The notes under the pieces were generated by a model that saw only the letters and a list, made by a program, of their open reading frames with translations, was not told the DNA's origin and searched no databases. 55,931 nucleotides of DNA, taken from positions 1 through 55,931 of the IMG/VR virus record IMGVR_UViG_3300010354_000113. One strand, given 5' to 3'. How positions within the stretch are numbered: the stretch's first letter is position 1; every line of letters begins with the position of its first letter. Origin of the DNA: a virus. Lineage: Duplodnaviria; Caudoviricetes. Position numbers and translations under genes: made by a program. Positions 49,778 to 55,931 of the stretch are shown piece by piece.

Positions 49778-50578
49778 ATGGCAATCCCAACCTCCAAAGC
49801 AGAACTCAAGGAATACTGCCTCCGTAGACTTGGTAAACCAGTCTTGGAGGTGAATGTATCCGATGACCAAATAGACGACGCAATCGATTACACCCTTCAG
49901 AAATTCCAGCAATTTCACTATGATGGTGCAGAAAGAGTTTATCTGAAGCATCAAATTACCCAGGAAGTATTAGATAGAGCGCAGACTTCTGCCACCTCAC
50001 TATCCCATGCTGGAAATGACACTTGGAAAGAAGGTAATGGTTATATTGAAGTTCCTGACCATATTCTTTCGGTAGAAGGTCTCTTCTCTTTTACGGATAA
50101 AGGCACAGCGAATATCTTTGACATTCGTTATCAGATGAGATTGAATGACCTGTATGACTTTACGTCAACGCAGTTCTATCATTACTACATGATTCAACAG
50201 CACTTGGAAACAATTGACTTTCTGCTAGAGGGCATGAAACCAATTCGTTATTCTCAGGTGCAAGATAGACTTTATATTGATTGGGACTGGCCAGCAGATG
50301 CTCTCTTGAATCAGTATATTGTTGTTAAGGCATGGCGTGCACTTGACCCAACAACATGGACAGAAATCTATAACCAAATGTGGGTTAAAGATTATGCCAC
50401 TGCAAAGATTAAGAAGCAGTGGGGTCAAAATCTCACCAAATTTACAGGCGTGCAAATGCCTGGTGGAGTTACTTTGAATGGTGAGATGATTTACAATGAT
50501 GCCGTTGAAGAATTAAAAATTCTTGATGAGCAACTCCGTACAACATGGGAAACACCACCACTGGATATGATCGGATAA
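49778..50578 (+). CDS. gp13: Neck protein gp13
   Basis: ELKEYCLRRLGKPVLEVNV.DDQIDD, FHYDGAERVYLKH and WVKDYATAKIKKQWGQNLTKF.GVQMPGGVTLNG. Confidence 0.95.
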   Translation: MAIPTSKAELKEYCLRRLGKPVLEVNVSDDQIDDAIDYTLQKFQQFHYDGAERVYLKHQITQEVLDRAQTSATSLSHAGNDTWKEGNGYIEVPDHILSVEGLFSFTDKGTANIFDIRYQMRLNDLYDFTSTQFYHYYMIQQHLETIDFLLEGMKPIRYSQVQDRLYIDWDWPADALLNQYIVVKAWRALDPTTWTEIYNQMWVKDYATAKIKKQWGQNLTKFTGVQMPGGVTLNGEMIYNDAVEELKILDEQLRTTWETPPLDMIG

Positions 50579-50579
50579 T

Positions 50580-51455
50580 ATGGCACTCAATCCATTCTTT
50601 ACACAAGGTATTACGGGTGAGCAGGACCTATTAGAGGATCTTGTTATCGAACAAATTAAGATGTTTGGAAAGAATGTATACTACATTCCTAGGACATTAG
50701 TTAAAGAAGATATGGTATTTACTGAAGATACCCTATCCCAATTTAATGAAGCATTTCAAATTGAAGCGTATCTTGAAGATGCCGTAGGACTTCGCGGTGA
50801 TAAGGATATGTTTACCAAATTTGGAGTGAGACTTTCCGACCAAGCAACATTTATTATTTCTAGAAAAAGATTTACCGAAGCTGTTGATAACAACACCCAA
50901 CTAATTGTGGAGGGTAGACCAAATGAGGGAGATCTTATTCACTTTTCAATGCTCGGCAAAACGTTTGAAATCCAGTATGTTGAGCATGAGGTGCCCTTCT
51001 TCCAGTTGGGTAAAATGTATGTATGGGGATTACGATGCGAGATGTTTGAATATGGACATGAAGACTTTAATACTGGAGTGCCAGAAATTGATGTCCTTGA
51101 AACAAACCTTTCCAATGCAATCACACTCACCATGCTTGACGGTGGGACAGGAGACTTTACCCCTGGTGAGACTATTACGGGATCCGTTACCAATTCTACT
51201 GCGGATGTGAAGTCTTGGGACCCTGATACTGGCAAGTTAGTTGTTGTAAATCGCTCAGGAAGATTTACCATTCCCGAGAATATTACAGGTAACACCAGTC
51301 TTGCGTCCTGGACAACTGGAAATTACAATACGATAAATAATGTGAATGACGATACAGATCAGAATTGGGATATTGAAATCCAAGCTGATGCCATTCTGGA
51401 TTTCACCGAGGGCAATCCTTTTGGTGATTTTGGTAACTCTGGTGGAACAATCTAA
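50580..51455 (+). CDS. gp14: Neck protein gp14
   Basis: MALNPFF.QG..GEQDL.EDLVIEQIKMFG..VYYIPR, RPNEGDLIHF, EHE.PFFQLGK and ILDFTE.NPFG. Confidence 0.95.
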   Translation: MALNPFFTQGITGEQDLLEDLVIEQIKMFGKNVYYIPRTLVKEDMVFTEDTLSQFNEAFQIEAYLEDAVGLRGDKDMFTKFGVRLSDQATFIISRKRFTEAVDNNTQLIVEGRPNEGDLIHFSMLGKTFEIQYVEHEVPFFQLGKMYVWGLRCEMFEYGHEDFNTGVPEIDVLETNLSNAITLTMLDGGTGDFTPGETITGSVTNSTADVKSWDPDTGKLVVVNRSGRFTIPENITGNTSLASWTTGNYNTINNVNDDTDQNWDIEIQADAILDFTEGNPFGDFGNSGGTI

Positions 51456-52258
51456 TGTTAGGGACTTATACATATCACGAAATTATTAGAAAGACCGTTG
51501 TCAGTTTTGGCACACTTTTTAATAATATTGAAATTCGTCGCACCTCTGGTAGCAAGACGGAAGTTATGAAGGTGCCCCTGGCATATGGTCCAAGACAAAA
51601 GTTTTTGGCAAGACTGAAAGCAACTGGTGACTTGACTCAGAAGGATCAGGTGCAGATTACCTTGCCAAGAATCTTCTTTGAGATTAATGGTATTTCATAC
51701 GATGCCAGCCGTAAGTTATCTCCTACCCAAATCATTCGCCACACAACAGCGGATGGTAAGGATAAGAAGTCATTCATGCCTGTGCCCTATAATATCAGTT
51801 TTGAATTGGGCATTCTTGCAAAAAATCAAGATGATGGTTTGCAAATTCTTGAGCAGATTCTTCCATACTTCCAACCAAGTTTCAATATCACGATGAATCT
51901 GGTTGCTGAGATTGGAGAGAAGAGAGACTTTCCTGTTACTCTAACATCGGTGGACTACTCCGATGAATATGAGGGCGACTTTGATACCCGTCGCACACTG
52001 GTATATACCTTACAATTTACATGTAAGACATATCTGTTTGGTCCCATTAGCGACACCACGGATCAGGTCATCAAGAAAGCGCAGGTTGACATGTCCACCC
52101 GTTTGGATGTTACTGCTCCAAGAGAACTTCGCTACACAGTCACGCCAGACCCAGTTGACGCTGACCTTGGCGATGACTTTGGATTCAATGAGATTTACAG
52201 TGAGTTTACAGATGCAAGAGATTGGAACCCAACCACAGGACAAGACGAAGACGTTTGA
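51455..52258 (+). CDS. gp15: Tail sheath stabiliser / tail terminator gp15
   Basis: YHEIIRKTVVSFGTLFNNI, KVPLAYGP.QKFLARL and QILEQILPYFQP. Confidence 0.95.
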   Translation: MLGTYTYHEIIRKTVVSFGTLFNNIEIRRTSGSKTEVMKVPLAYGPRQKFLARLKATGDLTQKDQVQITLPRIFFEINGISYDASRKLSPTQIIRHTTADGKDKKSFMPVPYNISFELGILAKNQDDGLQILEQILPYFQPSFNITMNLVAEIGEKRDFPVTLTSVDYSDEYEGDFDTRRTLVYTLQFTCKTYLFGPISDTTDQVIKKAQVDMSTRLDVTAPRELRYTVTPDPVDADLGDDFGFNEIYSEFTDARDWNPTTGQDEDV

Positions 52259-52655
52259 TGGGATTGAGGATGCTTTGAATGTTGAGACCGCTATAGTCCC
52301 AACAGAAGAAGCACCCATCGCCCATATTGAACCTACTACAACTAAGGACCAACTTAAAAAAGACTACGAATACACTAGAGCAAATCTCTATAGTCTAATT
52401 GAGAAGGGGCAGGAAGCAGTTGATGGTATTCTTGAGTTAGCACAAGAATCTGACCAACCTCGTGCATATGAAGTTGCGGGACAACTTATTAAGCATATTG
52501 GGGACGTTGCTGATAAACTCGTAGACCTACAGAAGAAGGTCAATGAGATTGAGAATCCCAAGAAAGAGAAGCAAGTCAATACTACAAACAACACTATGTT
52601 TGTTGGTAGCACTGCGGATCTTGCTAAATTCTTAAAGTCCCAGCAAGATAAATAG
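52212..52655 (+). CDS. gp16: Terminase small subunit gp16 (start uncertain: ATG 52212 or near 52245)
   Basis: KDYEYTRANLYSLIEKGQEA.DGILELAQESD.PRAYEVAGQLIK and NN.MFVGSTADL.KFLK. Confidence 0.92.
   Translation: MQEIGTQPQDKTKTFDGIEDALNVETAIVPTEEAPIAHIEPTTTKDQLKKDYEYTRANLYSLIEKGQEAVDGILELAQESDQPRAYEVAGQLIKHIGDVADKLVDLQKKVNEIENPKKEKQVNTTNNTMFVGSTADLAKFLKSQQDK
52648..52654 (+). promoter_or_regulatory. Late promoter (ATAAATA)
   Basis: Overlaps the gp16 end (GAT AAA TAG), 27 nt before the 52682 ATG. Confidence 0.6.
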
Positions 52656-52681
52656 TTTGACAGAAACTGGAATTAGTTGAG

Positions 52682-52957
52682 ATGTCACGAAGAGTAATTG
52701 TACAATCTACTGAGGTAACTCTCAGTGCTGCTACAAATCTTGGTAGTGCAAGAATGGTTAGAGTCCTGAATGATACTAATGCAAGTATCGTCCTCACCAT
52801 CGATGACACTGCACAAGCAGCAGCAAGAACAGATTACAAAACCCTAGGGTCTAGAGATATCACCATTGCCGCTGGTGAAACCATCTATCTAGAGAAGGAA
52901 CCCCTTGAAACTATCAATGGGGCTGGTTTAAAGTGCACACCTATCGCGAGACAGTAA
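52682..52957 (+). CDS. Small beta-rich hypothetical, probably virion, protein (91 aa)
   Basis: Intact ORF directly behind a late promoter. Confidence 0.7.
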   Translation: MSRRVIVQSTEVTLSAATNLGSARMVRVLNDTNASIVLTIDDTAQAAARTDYKTLGSRDITIAAGETIYLEKEPLETINGAGLKCTPIARQ

Positions 52958-52958
52958 G

Positions 52959-54833
52959 ATGCCTGCAGTTAATCAACGTCAACGCCGTCTCTTTGGGATG
53001 GTAAGAGCTGCTCAGAAGGGTGAGAAGCCAGCATCCCCTGAGGTTGCTAAAATTGCTGCCTCCATCTCTCCCGCAGATGCGAAGAAGTTTGCCAAGACTA
53101 AGGAGAAGAATCTCCCCGAGTCTGCAGTTCCTGGTAAACCTGCCGAGCGTGTAGGTGCTCTGACTAATATTGACATCCCTCAGGATGAGCGTGAAGCGGC
53201 AAAGCAAAGACTTCTTAAGAAAGCAGCAGAGAAGCGTGCTGCCATGAAGAAAGAAGAGGTCGAAATCGAAGAGGGTATGTCTCTCAAAGACTTTAAGGCA
53301 AACCGCAGAAAACTGAAGCGTAAAGAAGCTTCTGACGATGCCAAGAAGAGAGGGCATGTTGGTAAAGAATGGTATAACAGTGGTAGGACCTATTCTCCTG
53401 ATGAGGCGAAGAGTGGTCGTGAAAATATGCCTGATCATGAAAGAAGCACAAGACATCGTAGTGCTATGGACCCTGAGGGTGATGATGATATGTACTCAGC
53501 AGATAAGACTAAAAACCCCAAGAAACTTCGCAAGCAAAAGGCAATGGGTGAAATCAAGAAAGAGGGTTATCTTCCTGAGGAAGAGTCCGACCGTCTGAAG
53601 GACCGTCGTATGGAGCGTGGTGGTATTGATGGTAACAATCGTTATTCCTCAAAACCATCTGCAGGCAAACCCGAAACTGCTGCTGAAAAGAAAGCACGCG
53701 AAGACAAGCATAGAGAAACTACAAAGAAAGCACTTGATATGGTAAGAAACTCCATTACTGCTAAGTATGGCAAGGGTGCTCTGATGAATTCTTTTGATGC
53801 TGAAGGCGAGACAATCCAAGAGGATGAATATCGCAAACTGATGGCACAGGAGCGTAAGGCGGAGAAGGATAGAGAAGCAAAGCGTGCTGGTCGTAAAAGT
53901 ATTACTCCTGGCAAACTTGCTCAGAGCACTGGGAATGACTATGCTGATAGCAACATCAAGTTTCATGCGAAAGTGACTGGAAAGAAAACAACTACTGAAG
54001 AAGTAATTCAGGAGCGTGGTGACTTCTGGCATCCAGACCCTGAGCAAGACCGCAAACTTGGTGGTCCTGGTGCTAACCAGCGTGCTCGCGAAGATAAGGC
54101 TGCAGCATCCAAACCTAAGGAAGACCCCAAGAAACTGAAGAAGGGCGAGTCCTATATGGATTATGCCAAGCGTCAGTCTTCCTATAAATCAAGTGGCAGC
54201 ACTGCTACCGAGCGTCTGAATAAACTGGGTGCTAACATTAAGAAGAAAGAAACTCTGGGCGACAAGATTAAGCGTAAACTGGGCAGTGCAGTTGACCGTG
54301 TTGCTGGTATCAAGAAAGAAGGCACCATCTCATATAAGGATTTCATCGCAGAAGGCAACCGCACTGGTCGCATGATGCAGAAGTCTAAGACTCAAGTTAC
54401 TGGTCACATTTCTGCTGACCGTGGCGATGATGAGAAGGCAAACCGTGAGAAGCGTAAGGGTCTTGAGAAGGACCTTAAGAAGCATGGTATCGGTCACAAG
54501 AAAGGTGTGGGCGAGTATAAGTATGGTAGCGGCGAAACTGGTCGTGAGGTTTCATACCAGACTTCCAAACCCGAGAAGATGTCTAAGCGTCGTTTCGGTA
54601 AGGTAATGCGTCGCCTTGGTCGTAAGCATGGTCAAGAATCTGTTATCACAAAAGATGCTGACAAATCAGCAAAACTGCACTATACTGAGAAAGGTAGTAA
54701 GGCAAAGTCTGACTCAATCGGTAAGACTAAAGCGGGCAAGCATCCCGAAGGTTACGGTGAAACATCTGGCACCAAGGTGAGAAGCGGCAAACTTCCTAAG
54801 AAAACAACTAAAGGAGCATACCATTATGGCTGA
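52959..54833 (+). CDS. Highly charged Lys/Arg/Glu-rich 624-aa protein, probable capsid-internal polyprotein
   Basis: Modules separated by (I/L)-x-E sites; internal TISYKDFIAE; DUF3008-like N-terminal module (MPAVNQRQRRLFGMVRAAQKGE). Confidence 0.65.
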   Translation: MPAVNQRQRRLFGMVRAAQKGEKPASPEVAKIAASISPADAKKFAKTKEKNLPESAVPGKPAERVGALTNIDIPQDEREAAKQRLLKKAAEKRAAMKKEEVEIEEGMSLKDFKANRRKLKRKEASDDAKKRGHVGKEWYNSGRTYSPDEAKSGRENMPDHERSTRHRSAMDPEGDDDMYSADKTKNPKKLRKQKAMGEIKKEGYLPEEESDRLKDRRMERGGIDGNNRYSSKPSAGKPETAAEKKAREDKHRETTKKALDMVRNSITAKYGKGALMNSFDAEGETIQEDEYRKLMAQERKAEKDREAKRAGRKSITPGKLAQSTGNDYADSNIKFHAKVTGKKTTTEEVIQERGDFWHPDPEQDRKLGGPGANQRAREDKAAASKPKEDPKKLKKGESYMDYAKRQSSYKSSGSTATERLNKLGANIKKKETLGDKIKRKLGSAVDRVAGIKKEGTISYKDFIAEGNRTGRMMQKSKTQVTGHISADRGDDEKANREKRKGLEKDLKKHGIGHKKGVGEYKYGSGETGREVSYQTSKPEKMSKRRFGKVMRRLGRKHGQESVITKDADKSAKLHYTEKGSKAKSDSIGKTKAGKHPEGYGETSGTKVRSGKLPKKTTKGAYHYG

Positions 54834-54972
54834 GGTGAAAATGTGGGAGGGTGACGAATTCAAGTGCAAGCACTGTGGAGTTACCCCTCCCAAGGGTCAT
54901 TGGAGACCTACAACTTGGTTAGAAAAGCATGAGGCAAACTGCCCTAATAATCCAGAGTTGAAAGAGCAATGA
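54826..54972 (+). CDS. 48-aa C2HC zinc-finger-like peptide (MAEVKMWEGDEFKCKHCGVTPPKGHWRPTTWLEKHEANCPNNPELKEQ), missed by the ORF track
   Basis: Translated by hand. RBS AAGGAG at 54811-54816; overlaps both neighbours; CxxC...HxxxC. Confidence 0.75.
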   Translation: MAEVKMWEGDEFKCKHCGVTPPKGHWRPTTWLEKHEANCPNNPELKEQ

Positions 54973-55316
54973 TTAGTTTCAAGGATTTTCACGAGAGTTA
55001 CAAAAAGAAAACACCAAAGACACCTGCAATCAATCCCCATCCTATGTCGGATGGAGAAAAGGATGTTAAGGAAGGTGCTGCCTGGACTCGTAAAGAAGGG
55101 CAAAATAAAGAAGGTGGACTTAATGAAAAAGGACGTAAGTCCTATGAGCGTGAGAATCCTGGAAGCGATTTGAAAGCACCCCAACCCAAAGGTGGTCCTC
55201 GTAAGAGGAGTTTCTGTGCTCGTATGAGTGGTATGAAAAAGAAACTCACAAGCAAGAAGACTGCTAATGATCCAGATAGCAGAATCAATAAGTCCCTTAG
55301 AGCGTGGAATTGCTAA
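54969..55316 (+). CDS. Basic protein, DUF6321-like (115 aa), with an internal-protein-type N-terminus
   Basis: AWTRKEGQNKEGGLNEKGRKSY...RKRSFCARMSGM...PDSRINKSLRAWNC; begins MISFKDFHE. Confidence 0.7.
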   Translation: MISFKDFHESYKKKTPKTPAINPHPMSDGEKDVKEGAAWTRKEGQNKEGGLNEKGRKSYERENPGSDLKAPQPKGGPRKRSFCARMSGMKKKLTSKKTANDPDSRINKSLRAWNC

Positions 55317-55621
55317 TGAAATCCTACTCAGAATTCTTATCAGAAAGCGTCAACATCAAAGGCGACTTCAACGGTAATCTTTATATCAACTCTGCAGAGC
55401 AACAGCAAGTTGAAGAAAAGTATACTGCTGATATGGAATACAACGGTGAGTTGTATCGTATTGAGATGACCTATGAAGGTATGATTCCTGATAGGTTAGA
55501 GTTGACTGAGATGATTCAGTCTGAGTATCCTGGTGCAATTATTCAGAATGTGTATCCACCTTCAGGCGAGCGTAAAGTCCTAGGTGCCAAGAAGGTTTAT
55601 CATGATTCGGAATGGAGTTGA
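55316..55621 (+). CDS. Hypothetical protein (101 aa) with a capsid-targeting-like N-terminus MKSYSEFLSE
   Basis: The ATG at 55316, coupled to the upstream stop (TAATG), is preferred over the track start at 55304. Confidence 0.7.
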   Translation: MKSYSEFLSESVNIKGDFNGNLYINSAEQQQVEEKYTADMEYNGELYRIEMTYEGMIPDRLELTEMIQSEYPGAIIQNVYPPSGERKVLGAKKVYHDSEWS

Positions 55622-55624
55622 TAA

Positions 55625-55931
55625 ATGGCAATATGGAATAAGAAAGATCAAGACTTCTTAAATCAAGAAAGATCTTTATTTGAAACAATTAATATTGCTG
55701 ACCACTGGGGTGAGCAAACGGATTGGAGACCTCAATTTTCATCAAAGAATAGATTTAAAACATCTCCTTTTCAAACAGTATTCTTCAACACTTTCCAATT
55801 TGGAAAAGAAACTGATGTCTGGGATGAAGCAACTACGGGCGCTGGTGCTGCTATCCATAATCCAAATGCAGCAAACATTATCATGTCTGTTGGTGGAACT
55901 GCTGGGGATAAGGTCATCAGACAGACCAGAA
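55625..55931 (+). CDS. 5' part of a probable virion protein (MAIWNKKDQDFLNQERSLFETINIADHWGEQTDWRPQF...), truncated by the window end
   Basis: Open frame from ATG 55625 to the end of the window. Confidence 0.7.
   Translation, partial: MAIWNKKDQDFLNQERSLFETINIADHWGEQTDWRPQFSSKNRFKTSPFQTVFFNTFQFGKETDVWDEATTGAGAAIHNPNAANIIMSVGGTAGDKVIRQTR

Larger units (their letters stand above)
1..55931 (+). mobile_element. T4-like cyanomyovirus genome segment (baseplate, fibre, neck, terminase small subunit and internal-protein region)
   Basis: Co-linear gp25-gp6-gp7-...-gp8-VrlC-fibre-gp13-gp14-gp15-gp16 order, giant gp7, TAAATA late promoters and near-continuous + strand coding. The cyanobacterial host is inferred from this gene order and content. 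Confidence 0.93.

Noticed and set aside
51963-52211. Long N-terminal extension of gp16 in the ORF track
   Set aside because: It lies wholly within gp15 in another frame; gp16 similarity starts near 52245.
52657-52685. TTGACA on the + strand after gp16
   Set aside because: No -10 hexamer at 16-18 nt; the adjacent late promoter explains expression.
1128-55184. Many 60-180 aa minus-strand and off-frame ORFs (e.g. 47851-48399, 46747-47226, 17466-17990, 52941-53456)
   Set aside because: Shadows of the Gly/Thr/Val- or Lys/Glu-rich + strand genes, with no recognisable motifs.
1-55931. tRNA, rRNA, CRISPR array, integrase or IS element
   Set aside because: None recognised; intergenic gaps other than 133-478 are too short and no regularly spaced direct repeats were seen.

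Overview
A 56-kb piece of a T4-like cyanomyovirus (Kyanoviridae-type) genome covering the late structural module. Almost all genes lie on the + strand. The order is: end of an early small-ORF region, a structured non-coding spacer, an AbrB-like gene, a 1212-aa Cys-rich virion protein, a PAAR spike tip, three small ORFs, gp25, gp6, a 6721-aa gp7, a YHYH/Ig protein, a gp9/gp10-like protein ending in a cupredoxin domain, a Gly-repeat protein, gp8, a VrlC/DUF4815 protein, a 2272-aa tail fibre, gp13, gp14, gp15, gp16, then probable capsid-internal proteins. T4-type late promoters ((A/C)TAAATA) punctuate the block. The main observation is that gp7 carries about seven, partly nested, helical repeats that align by eye with phycobiliprotein subunits, including the bilin-attachment Cys-x-Arg-Asp (alpha84/beta82) and a beta153/155-like Cys. 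This suggests a possibly chromophore-bearing, light-responsive baseplate. Other notable signals are a consensus sigma70 promoter firing antisense into the baseplate block, depletion of GAAC/GTTC/GTAC/GATC, and a probable protease-cleaved internal polyprotein. All family calls come from by-eye motif recognition; no database search was run.
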